From assembly GCA_030765235.1 (NCBI GenBank), contig JAVCCW010000029.1, positions 140,939 to 204,938 on the forward strand: DNA of 64,000 nucleotides, given 5' to 3'. This DNA comes from Candidatus Gorgyraea atricola (lineage in GTDB: Bacteria > Omnitrophota > Gorgyraeia > Gorgyraeales > Gorgyraeaceae). This document shows, one piece after another, positions 40,593 through 49,430 of this stretch. A program made the position numbers and the translations under genes. Position 1 is the first letter of the stretch; each line of letters starts with the position of its first letter. The notes beneath the pieces are model-generated. The model was given only the letters and a program-made list of their open reading frames with translations. It was not told the origin of the DNA and did no database searches.

Positions 40593-40874
40593 ATGCCGAC
40601 ATATGAATACGAATGCCAGAAATGCGGGAAGAGATTTGACTTTTTTCAGAAGATGAGCGATGAGCCCCTGTCTATTTGTCCTGAACAGAATTGCAAAGGA
40701 GCTGTAAAAAGACTCTTGAGCGCGGGCGCTGGTTTTATCTTTAAGGGCTCAGGATTTTACGCCACTGACTACAGGAGCAAGAATTACAAAGAGAGAGAAA
40801 AAGAAGAAAAGCCAAAGTCCGAATCTCCTTGCCAGGGTTGCGATAAAAAAGAAAGCTGCAAAGTTGACGAATAA
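40593..40874 (+). CDS. FmdB family zinc-ribbon protein
   Basis: MPTYEYECQKCG, FKGSGFYATDY. Confidence 0.9.
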   Translation: MPTYEYECQKCGKRFDFFQKMSDEPLSICPEQNCKGAVKRLLSAGAGFIFKGSGFYATDYRSKNYKEREKEEKPKSESPCQGCDKKESCKVDE

Positions 40875-41229
40875 TATTGTCAAATATTGGATACCCTTAT
40901 ATCTATATGCAGGTTTGATATTTTACGTCTCGGGCATATCAAGGCCCTTACCTGGAGTCAGCATACCTTTTCTTGATAAGTTCCTGCACATATGCGAATA
41001 CGCGGTTTTTGGTATTCTCGCGGCAAGGGCTTTTAAGAATTCTTCCAGAAAAACATTTTTTGAAAATTTTAAGATCTTTGCTATAATAGTATCTATCGTA
41101 TATGGCATTTCAGATGAATTCCACCAGAGTTTTATACCGTTGCGTCAGTTTAGTATGCTTGATATGATGGCTGATGGTATAGGTGGGGTAATAGGAGTAA
41201 TTTTATATGGCAAATGTAATCCCGTTTAA
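40864..41229 (+). CDS. VanZ family protein
   Basis: DKFLH..EY, YGISDEFHQSFIP.R. Confidence 0.88.
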   Translation: MTNNIVKYWIPLYLYAGLIFYVSGISRPLPGVSIPFLDKFLHICEYAVFGILAARAFKNSSRKTFFENFKIFAIIVSIVYGISDEFHQSFIPLRQFSMLDMMADGIGGVIGVILYGKCNPV

Positions 41230-42427
41230 AGGCACACTCTATAATCCAGAAAAGATAAAAGACCTCTCAAAGGTAATGGCGCCGCCCTATGATGTCATCT
41301 CGCCGCAAGAACAGGCCCAGCTTTACGATTCCGAGGCCCATAACATAATTCACATATTACTGGGTAAGGTCAAGCCGGATGACAATGAAAAAGAAGATAA
41401 ATATACAAGGGCCGCGGGATGTTTAAAGGACTGGCAGGCACAGGACGTGTTAAAAAAGGACAACGAACCCTGTATCTATGTTTACGAACAGGAATTTGAG
41501 GTGGATGGGAGAGACCTGCGCAGACTGGGCTTTATCTCGCTTTTGAAATTAGAGGAGTTTGATAGAGAGGATTCGAGCATCCATCCTCACGAAAATACAC
41601 TTAGCGCGCCAAAGAAGGACCGTACTAAACTTATCAGTTCAATAGAGTCTAATCTGGGACCTATATTCGCGATATTCGCGGACGATAATCAATCTATCGA
41701 TAATATTCTAGCACAGGCAACAAAATCACAGCCGATTATAGATGTCGTGGATCACCACGGTATAAAAAATAGGCTCTGGAGACTTTCTGATAAGGAAAGA
41801 ATAGAAAAAATAGTCAACCTGATGAAGGACAAAAAACTTTTTATCGCAGATGGCCATCACAGGTATGAGGTCGGGCTTGAATTCAGTAAGACCAAGAAGG
41901 ATCCAAAATTCGGTTATATACTCACTTATTTTACAGACCTTTGCGCTGATGGAATAGTGGTTTTACCGACACACAGGTTGATCAGCGGAGTGGATAAAAG
42001 TAAATTATCTGAACTAAAGCAGGATCTAAAAAAACATTTTACAACCGAAGAGATTTCTTCGAAGGAAAAGGCTAAGGATTTTCTTTCTAAGGCAGTACCT
42101 CCTGAAAAGAGATTTGTAATATATGAGAAAGACGGATTTACAGGATTGTGCGTAAAGAGCAATAATTCTCTGGATGTCAGCGTGCTTCACGATATGGTCA
42201 TAGAGCCATTAAAGAAAAAGGTCGCCTCGCTTTCAATAGATTTCACAAAGGACATAGAATATGCTGTTAAAGAGGTGAATGAAGGAAGATTTTCTTTGTC
42301 CGTCATATTGAACTCCACAAAGGTTACTGAGGTTAGAGACATGGCGCTTTCAGGTAAACGCATGCCTCAGAAATCAACCTACTTTTATCCCAAGGTCCTG
42401 ACAGGCCTGGTGATTAATGTGTTTTAA
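41207..42427 (+). CDS. DUF1015 family protein
   Basis: APPYDVI, PHENT, IADGHHRYE, MPQKSTYFYPK. Confidence 0.9.
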   Translation: MANVIPFKGTLYNPEKIKDLSKVMAPPYDVISPQEQAQLYDSEAHNIIHILLGKVKPDDNEKEDKYTRAAGCLKDWQAQDVLKKDNEPCIYVYEQEFEVDGRDLRRLGFISLLKLEEFDREDSSIHPHENTLSAPKKDRTKLISSIESNLGPIFAIFADDNQSIDNILAQATKSQPIIDVVDHHGIKNRLWRLSDKERIEKIVNLMKDKKLFIADGHHRYEVGLEFSKTKKDPKFGYILTYFTDLCADGIVVLPTHRLISGVDKSKLSELKQDLKKHFTTEEISSKEKAKDFLSKAVPPEKRFVIYEKDGFTGLCVKSNNSLDVSVLHDMVIEPLKKKVASLSIDFTKDIEYAVKEVNEGRFSLSVILNSTKVTEVRDMALSGKRMPQKSTYFYPKVLTGLVINVF

Positions 42428-42432
42428 TGACG

Positions 42433-42554
42433 AGGTTTCGTAAAGTTGCGTTAGGTTTCGTTAGGTTGCGTAAGGTTGCAGAAGCAAAATTTGAATTCTA
42501 GTTTTTTGTAACTTTACGAAACATTACGAAACTTCACGAAACCTTACGTAACCT
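42433..42554. repeat. Inverted decamer arrays (AGGTTTCGTA)n / (TACGAAACCT)n
   Basis: Five and four degenerate 10-mers in opposite orientation. Confidence 0.8.
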
Positions 42555-42579
42555 CCATTGGGTTTATAAGGAGCATAGG

Positions 42580-43422
42580 ATGCCTCTATTCAAGAAACCA
42601 AAATATAAAGTTGTAAAGGTCTCGAATCGCAAGGGCGTGCCTGACGGGAGTTGGCTTAAGTGCGGCGGGTGCTCGGACATGATATACAAAAAGACCCTTG
42701 ATGAAAACTTAAGGGTCTGCCCGAAGTGCGGCTATCATTTTATACTCGGCGCATATGAACGCATCAATATGTTTCTTGATCAGGGCAGTTTTGAGGAGTT
42801 TGAAAAAGGAATGAAGCCGCGGGATATCCTGAAATTCAAGGGGCCTAAGAGTTATGTGGAAAAGATAGAAAAGGATACATTGACGACTGGCATGGAAGAG
42901 GCAGCAGTAGTGGGAAAGGGCCGCGTCAATAACAGGAAGATTGCGCTGGGCGTGACTGATTCGCGTTTTATAATGGGATCAATGGGCTATGTGGTGGGCG
43001 AGAAGATAACCAGGATCACAGAGTATGCCACTGAGAATGAATTGCCGCTGGCGATCATCTCTGGTTCAGGGGGAGGCGCAAGGATGTACGAAGGCATGAT
43101 CTCGCTTATGCAGATGGCAAAGACCTCAGCCGCGCTCGCAAGACACAATGAAGCAGGAGGCCTGTACATATCTATTTTGACAAATCCTACAATGGCAGGA
43201 GTCTTAGCGAGCTTTGCTTCTCTGGGGGATATTATTATTGCTGAACCAAGAGCCCTTATTGGGTTTACAGGGCCCAGGGTTATAGAGCAGACCATACATC
43301 AAAAACTCCCTGAGGGCTTTCAAACATCAGAGTTTCTCCTGGAACACGGGCTTATAGATATGGTGGTAAGCCGCAAGAATCTAAACGACACTGTTACCCA
43401 GATCGTTGATTATACGACTTGA
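42580..43422 (+). CDS. accD: Acetyl-CoA carboxylase carboxyltransferase beta subunit
   Basis: Zinc finger, GSMG..VGEKI, GGARMYEG, IGFTGPRVIEQT. Confidence 0.95.
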   Translation: MPLFKKPKYKVVKVSNRKGVPDGSWLKCGGCSDMIYKKTLDENLRVCPKCGYHFILGAYERINMFLDQGSFEEFEKGMKPRDILKFKGPKSYVEKIEKDTLTTGMEEAAVVGKGRVNNRKIALGVTDSRFIMGSMGYVVGEKITRITEYATENELPLAIISGSGGGARMYEGMISLMQMAKTSAALARHNEAGGLYISILTNPTMAGVLASFASLGDIIIAEPRALIGFTGPRVIEQTIHQKLPEGFQTSEFLLEHGLIDMVVSRKNLNDTVTQIVDYTT

Positions 43423-43441
43423 TATTTAATGGCATTGGAAA

Positions 43442-44335
43442 ATGGAAAATCGCAGCAAGATAAAGAACGGCATAATTTGTGGTGCCAGCTTTATTATTGT
43501 CTCCTTCCTGGTATTTCGCACTGATCTACCTAAGATCCCCACTATTTTTCTGTACAATCTGATCATTATAATGAGCCTGCAGGACCTTGGTTATTATCGA
43601 GGTCTTTTTTTTCTTGGCGCTTCGATCTTTCTCACGATCCTGACTTCTCTCGCAGTGAATTTTAACTATGTCTGGGGAGTACCGATGTTCTTCGTAACAT
43701 TTTTGATCGTGGACGATCAGATAAAGAAACATAACTATGCTAGACATATTATTGAAACGCGCACAGAGGAACTTAGTAAGAGTACTGATCTTCTCACAGA
43801 TGAACATTTAAGGCATAAAAGAGAAGCAGTCTCTCTTGAAAAGAAAGAAAGAAGATTCAATCTGCTCAAGGATATGACTGCCTGTCTTGGCTCTACGCTT
43901 TCCCTTGACGATGTTTCTAAAATTATTTTAGATAACGCGCTGAGTATAGTAGGAAAATCAGAATCAGCGCTTTTATTTTTAGTGGACACTGAAAAACAGG
44001 AATTAAATCTTGTTACGTCCAGGATGGAGAAGGTAAAGGCTAAAAAAGTAGATCTTCTGGACAAATGGGTTTTTAAACAGAGACAGTGTCTTCTTATCGA
44101 GGATATCAGAAAGGATTCTAGATTTGGCGAAGAAGAGAAAGGAGTTTTTCGTTCAATTATCTCTTCACCACTCATAGAAGAGAAAAAGGTCATAGGCATA
44201 GTGCGGCTTGAACATTCAAAACCTTATGCATATACCTCTGAGGATCTGCGGCTTTTGGACATACTGTGTGATCTGGGTGCTGCGAGTCTTGGCAATGCCA
44301 GGCTCTATCAACAGATGCTAACAGTTAACAGCTAA
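43442..44335 (+). CDS. Membrane-bound GAF domain protein
   Basis: N-terminal TMs, coiled coil, GAF ending LGAASLGNARLY. Confidence 0.8.
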   Translation: MENRSKIKNGIICGASFIIVSFLVFRTDLPKIPTIFLYNLIIIMSLQDLGYYRGLFFLGASIFLTILTSLAVNFNYVWGVPMFFVTFLIVDDQIKKHNYARHIIETRTEELSKSTDLLTDEHLRHKREAVSLEKKERRFNLLKDMTACLGSTLSLDDVSKIILDNALSIVGKSESALLFLVDTEKQELNLVTSRMEKVKAKKVDLLDKWVFKQRQCLLIEDIRKDSRFGEEEKGVFRSIISSPLIEEKKVIGIVRLEHSKPYAYTSEDLRLLDILCDLGAASLGNARLYQQMLTVNS

Positions 44336-44336
44336 C

Positions 44337-45620
44337 ATGAAATTTCTAGTGTATTTTATAATTTCAGCGGTGGTATTATTTTTGAGCTACAGGATCAGTC
44401 TGTCTAAGGCCTTAACGTGGTCTGCATTGGCTAGTGTATTTATTCTGATCAGGGGGCTTAGAGCGTTTCCATATGAGACTATGGTCTTTGTATTAGCTAT
44501 AAATGCCCTACCTTTTATTACGGATAGATTCAAGAAAGACTTTGATCACCATAAAGAGTCTATGCGCGCCAGATTTGAAGAAGTAAAGACGCGTTATGAG
44601 GATTTGGTGCGCCAGAATAATGGCGAGATAGAATCAAACCTTGAGAGAGAAAAGAAATTACAGCAGGTGCTTTCCCTGTACGAGATCTCTAAAGACATGT
44701 CCGGCTGTCTCTCGCTCGAGGATATATTAAGTATATTTTCGTCGACGCTGAGAAAGTCTTTCAGGTTCAGGGCTTCCAGGCTCGCGCTTTTAAATGATTC
44801 CCGAGAGGTAGTATCGGTTTATCAGATTAAGACCGGACAGACGATCAGCAAGGTCAGTCCTGATGACTTCGATAAAGAACTCGCTGTTATTATGATCGAA
44901 GAAAAAAAAGTGATCTCACTGTTTTCTCAAGTCGAGGCACGACTCTTAAAAAGGCTGGCCATTGTAAAGGATTTTGGGACGCTTGTAGCGATTCCTCTTT
45001 TTGTCGAGGAAAGGCTCGCGGGGATATTGTATATAGAAAATCTCCCTAGGCCGTATTTTGAGAATTTTATTATTCTTGGTAGCCAGTTTGCGATACAGTT
45101 TCAGAAGGTTGTCCTCTATAAGAAGGTGCAGGAGGCGTCTATTACAGATTCTCTGACAGGTGTTTCTACGAGGAGGCATTTTTTAGAGAGGTTGGCAAGG
45201 GAGCTAAGGCGTTCAATGCGTGGCAAGACGAATCTGTCCTTTCTTATGCTGGACCTGGACCATTTTAAGGAAAAGAATGATCGCCTTGGCCATTTGGTAG
45301 GGGATGTTGTTTTAAAAGAGGTAGCAGGTATTATCAAATCTAATCTGCGGGAAATAGATATTTTAGGAAGATACGGCGGCGAAGAATTTGCAATAGCGCT
45401 TGCTGATACAGATAAAGAGGGAGCCTTGCAGGTAGCTGAGCATATCAGGAGAAGCATCGAGTCTGCTATATTCAAGGCCTACGACGAGGTCACATCCAGC
45501 ACTGTAAGCATAGGCATAAGTACTTTTCCAGAAAACGGAGCAGACGCAAACTCCCTAATCGAATCCTCCGACCGCGCCCTGTACAAGGCAAAGGAGTCCG
45601 GTCGCAATCGGGTGTGTTGA
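44337..45620 (+). CDS. Membrane GAF-GGDEF diguanylate cyclase
   Basis: DSLTG, DLDHFK..ND..GH..GD, REID I-site, GGEEF. Confidence 0.93.
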   Translation: MKFLVYFIISAVVLFLSYRISLSKALTWSALASVFILIRGLRAFPYETMVFVLAINALPFITDRFKKDFDHHKESMRARFEEVKTRYEDLVRQNNGEIESNLEREKKLQQVLSLYEISKDMSGCLSLEDILSIFSSTLRKSFRFRASRLALLNDSREVVSVYQIKTGQTISKVSPDDFDKELAVIMIEEKKVISLFSQVEARLLKRLAIVKDFGTLVAIPLFVEERLAGILYIENLPRPYFENFIILGSQFAIQFQKVVLYKKVQEASITDSLTGVSTRRHFLERLARELRRSMRGKTNLSFLMLDLDHFKEKNDRLGHLVGDVVLKEVAGIIKSNLREIDILGRYGGEEFAIALADTDKEGALQVAEHIRRSIESAIFKAYDEVTSSTVSIGISTFPENGADANSLIESSDRALYKAKESGRNRVC

Positions 45621-45850
45621 CAAGCCAAAGGAAGTCCTGTTCGCTCAAGTGAAACTTTCCCCCTCGCTTTGCTCGGGGTCGCCTTTCATTTTGCATTTTG
45701 GTGGGGGTGAAAAAACTTACCCGACACCATAGGTGTCGGGGTCGAACAGTTTTCGCCCTTTTTGTCTCATAAAATGTGACAAAATAAACCCCCAAAATGC
45801 AAAATGAAAGGCTAAATTTTCAATTCGCTCCCAGGACTTCCTTTGGCTTG
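45621..45850. repeat. 230-bp nested inverted-repeat element (MITE or structured ncRNA candidate)
   Basis: 19-bp perfect outer stem, 21-bp inner stem, several internal hairpins. Confidence 0.7.
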
Positions 45851-46017
45851 GAATAATTTGTTGCAGTAGGGTGTACCCAAATAGGACGTTTGTAGTATAG
45901 TATATAATATAGTACTTAAATTTTAGATTGCAAATGCCGTATTTGTATGATATAATTAAAATTACTAGATAGATAGAATAAATATATAGCCTTATAAAAA
46001 AACAAGGCTTATTTTTT

Positions 46018-48345
46018 ATGTGGATTATGAGAAAGTTTAAAAAACATTACAATTTCAATATAAAGATTATATTCTTCATAGTTTCTGTTACATTTATATT
46101 TACAACCATTGTTCATTCTTGCCCAATTTCAAGAGGCTCACTAAGAGTTCCTTTTTTATTTCAAGACACAAGTAAAAAAGAGATAAAAGATAAGCCTAAT
46201 GCATTTATAATTAATGGAAAGAAACTATCCCCTTTGATTGCACCAACGGCAATTACTCACCGATTTGAAAGTGATGATTCTAGTGTTGCATGTATTCGTG
46301 AGCTCGCGCCAAATGTCGCATGTGACCTTGTTATAAAGTCTGAGACTCAAGTTTTTATTTTTTTACCAGGAGATATAGAAGAATTAAAGAAAAATTTTAC
46401 TTTAAGCGAGGCAGAGGAGTTGCTACAAAAAGCTAAATTTGGAAAGAATTCTGGTTTCTTCAAGCTGGGTAAAGAAGGAAGCATCCCTGAGTCAATGGGT
46501 ATTGAATATATAGAATTAGTTCAACAGGCACTAGTCGAATTGGGCGAAACAAGAGAGTTTATTGCGATAGGAAACACCAGCAAGGCCAAAACACAAGAGG
46601 AAGCCATAATAATGGCAGGACTGTGGGCCGGATTTTTAAAAATGCCTTATGTTAAGCTTGAGATCAGAGATCAAGATCTAATGACAAAGAATGATGAAAT
46701 AATAGATACTGTAGAACGATTGATCAAACTTAACAAGGATATTAAAATCCTCCCCTTAATAGGAAAAGGAATAACAAAAAAAATGCTAAAGAAATTATTG
46801 AACTTGAATCAAGTCATTGCGTTGCGTATCGAAGGAACGCAACCAGGCTCAGGTAAAGGTTTGGGAACAGAAAAGGAGAAAGATCGAATAAAAAAGATTA
46901 TTACTTGGGTTAAAGAGATAAAACCAGATATTCCATTGATTGCCGAATGTGGTATAGGTATGCCTGAACATGCTAAGGAAGCAATGAATATGGGATTCGA
47001 TGCTGTTTTAGTAAACGCGGCTATCACTGAATCTGATACTCCAGTTGAACTCGCTGTTGAATTCGCCAAAGCTGTTAACGATGCTACAAGGGTATCGCAA
47101 CCACATATCTGGCTTAAAAGAGAAAATATAGATAAATTTTATACCCAGTTCTTGAAGAAAAATATATTATCTGAGATTCTCGAAAAGGTAAATGAGGCGA
47201 TTAGACAAGGCCGCACTCGCAAGTTTTTTGTTGGCAAATATGAGTTACTTAAATTGCCGTCATCAAATATAGTTATGGCAAAGATTACATTTCCTGATTT
47301 GGTTAAGCCGAGAGCAACTACAAATGCAATAGAAGCAGGTAAGAGCACTCTTGTAAAGCCAAGTTTTTTAAAAGTAGACCAAGATGATTTACTATATGAT
47401 TTAGATAAAATAGGATTACCATATAATTTTTTAGTTAGACATGCACCTTTTTGTAAAGATCAATTTATGTTTTGTAACAAGAAAGATAAATATATTGGCT
47501 TTGTACCGTTAATGATTATGTATGTTTTAGGAAAGATAAACCCTGATATTAGATGCTATCATCAATCTTCAGGTGCTGGAGCCACAGATCCCACTTTTCC
47601 TCACTATTCGTTCTTTTTTAAGATAGATATGAATGATATAAAGAATCCTGTTGTAGAAAATGAACTATTCAATACATCAATCGATCTAAGCGCACCTATT
47701 TTATCATTACCAACAAAGAAGATGCAAGACTATCCCAACTTACCTATTAATATGCTACCAAATTATCCTGGGGCTAATTTTATCATTGAAGGGGAGGATA
47801 TAGTAAAAAATATCTTCATCACTCTGTTTATAATAAGATTGTTGGATGAGTTAAAATTATCATATAATTTTATTTATGCTGATGGTCGTTATTATATTTT
47901 TGTAAAATCAACTCAATATGGCGGAGAAGGAATTTTTAGTACTCTGAAAGTAGGGATATTAGAAACAATCGGTTATTTTGTTCTTGATGGAAGATCTTGT
48001 AAGGAGATTGAAGAGTCTTTAGTCAGAGACAGAATGAATCTGGAGTTTAACAGCTTAGACGGCCATATGTATGAGGAAATATTGAAAGACATTTTGTCTA
48101 AAGAGAAAGACCTCGAATTTGTTTACAAAAGACTAAAAAAACTTGATCAATGGTTTGCGGTTTTAGAATCACTAAACCTAGCTCCTGTAGAAGAAATTTT
48201 ATCACGATTATCTCCGATATTGTCAGATAGAAAAAATAACATAAGTGCTTTTATTGAATCATTGCCTATAGATAAAAATCTTATATCTGAGTTACTAGGT
48301 GATAAATTGCTAGACCAGGTTAGGGCCATTGATTTTTATTTGTAG
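46018..48345 (+). CDS. Signal/TM + ThiG-like TIM barrel + degenerate HIT-type phosphorylase-like fusion protein
   Basis: GNTSKAKTQEEAI, VKLEI, GSGKGL, ECGIG.PEHAKEAMNMGFDAVLVNAAI; C-terminal half GAGATDPTFPH; AT-rich. Confidence 0.7.
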   Translation: MWIMRKFKKHYNFNIKIIFFIVSVTFIFTTIVHSCPISRGSLRVPFLFQDTSKKEIKDKPNAFIINGKKLSPLIAPTAITHRFESDDSSVACIRELAPNVACDLVIKSETQVFIFLPGDIEELKKNFTLSEAEELLQKAKFGKNSGFFKLGKEGSIPESMGIEYIELVQQALVELGETREFIAIGNTSKAKTQEEAIIMAGLWAGFLKMPYVKLEIRDQDLMTKNDEIIDTVERLIKLNKDIKILPLIGKGITKKMLKKLLNLNQVIALRIEGTQPGSGKGLGTEKEKDRIKKIITWVKEIKPDIPLIAECGIGMPEHAKEAMNMGFDAVLVNAAITESDTPVELAVEFAKAVNDATRVSQPHIWLKRENIDKFYTQFLKKNILSEILEKVNEAIRQGRTRKFFVGKYELLKLPSSNIVMAKITFPDLVKPRATTNAIEAGKSTLVKPSFLKVDQDDLLYDLDKIGLPYNFLVRHAPFCKDQFMFCNKKDKYIGFVPLMIMYVLGKINPDIRCYHQSSGAGATDPTFPHYSFFFKIDMNDIKNPVVENELFNTSIDLSAPILSLPTKKMQDYPNLPINMLPNYPGANFIIEGEDIVKNIFITLFIIRLLDELKLSYNFIYADGRYYIFVKSTQYGGEGIFSTLKVGILETIGYFVLDGRSCKEIEESLVRDRMNLEFNSLDGHMYEEILKDILSKEKDLEFVYKRLKKLDQWFAVLESLNLAPVEEILSRLSPILSDRKNNISAFIESLPIDKNLISELLGDKLLDQVRAIDFYL

Positions 48346-48524
48346 GTGTTAGAGGTATTAGTAAAGTATTAGGGACGGTTCTCAGCCCAATCCCAGGCCT
48401 GTCTTTAAAATTCAATAAAGTCCAATCAGTTTTCACTTAACTTTACATTTTAGGTCTTGCTTTAAATGTAAAGTTATTTTTTTGTGATTGACTAAAATCT
48501 TGAGTTACGGTATTATAAGTGGCA

Positions 48525-49430
48525 ATGAGTAAACGGCTTAAGATAGGGATTGATTTGGGGGCTACTCGGATAAAGATGGGGCTTGTGGGCCGAGGTGGTA
48601 GGGTTTTGGCTCGGCGCGAGGTGGATACTCCTTTTAATGCGAAAAGAGTCGAGCTTATTAGTATTTTAGTGGGGAATATAGATTATATAATAAAAGAATC
48701 TAGATTTAATAGGAGAGATATCGCGGGCATAGGAATAGGTGTGCCTGGACCTGTGGACTCAAAGAAGGGTATAGTGCGTTATTTTCCTAACATAAAAGGA
48801 TGGGAGAATGTCCCACTTAAGTCTATATTGCAGAGACGATTAGGTTTAAAGGTCAACCTGGACAATGACGTGAACGCAATGACACTTGCAGAGCACAAGT
48901 TTGGCGCTGGCAAAGGCGCGGATAATCTCGTCTGCCTTACTCTTGGCACAGGTGTTGGCGGCGGCATTATACTTAGTGGAGAGCTATATAGAGGCAGTAC
49001 AATGGTCGCGGGAGAGATAGGCCATATTCCTATAAATGAAAAAGGACCCCGGTGTAATTGCAGAGGGACTGCGTGTATTGAAAGATATGTAGGAAACAGA
49101 TATATACTGAATAGAGCAAGAAAGATCTTCGGAAAAAATATAACACTTAAGCGCATAGATAAACTTGCAAAGAACGGCAATAAAAAAGCAATAGGTATTT
49201 GGGCTGATGTTGGCATAAAGCTAGGCGTCATGCTTACAGGTGTAGTAAATCTCTTAAATCCTGACAAGATCATTATAGGTGGTGGTGTTTCAAAGGCAGG
49301 CGAGTTGATTCTAAAGCCTCTGAGACAAGAGTTAAAGACACGCGCAATGAAAGACCCTGCTGCTCACATAAAGATAGTTCGCGCAAAGCTTGGCACTGAC
49401 GCAGGAATAATCGGAGCATCCTTACTGTGA
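48525..49430 (+). CDS. ROK family sugar kinase (glucokinase-like)
   Basis: IDLGAT, GVPGPVD, NDVNA..LAE, LGTGVGGG, GEIGH, CNC..CIE. Confidence 0.93.
   Translation: MSKRLKIGIDLGATRIKMGLVGRGGRVLARREVDTPFNAKRVELISILVGNIDYIIKESRFNRRDIAGIGIGVPGPVDSKKGIVRYFPNIKGWENVPLKSILQRRLGLKVNLDNDVNAMTLAEHKFGAGKGADNLVCLTLGTGVGGGIILSGELYRGSTMVAGEIGHIPINEKGPRCNCRGTACIERYVGNRYILNRARKIFGKNITLKRIDKLAKNGNKKAIGIWADVGIKLGVMLTGVVNLLNPDKIIIGGGVSKAGELILKPLRQELKTRAMKDPAAHIKIVRAKLGTDAGIIGASLL

Noticed and set aside
45490-45795. 101-aa minus-strand ORF
   Set aside because: Overlaps the GGDEF end and the nested inverted repeat; no coding signal.
46018-48345. Annotation as canonical thiG
   Set aside because: About three times too long, with a hydrophobic N-terminus, altered DAG motif and no thi operon context.
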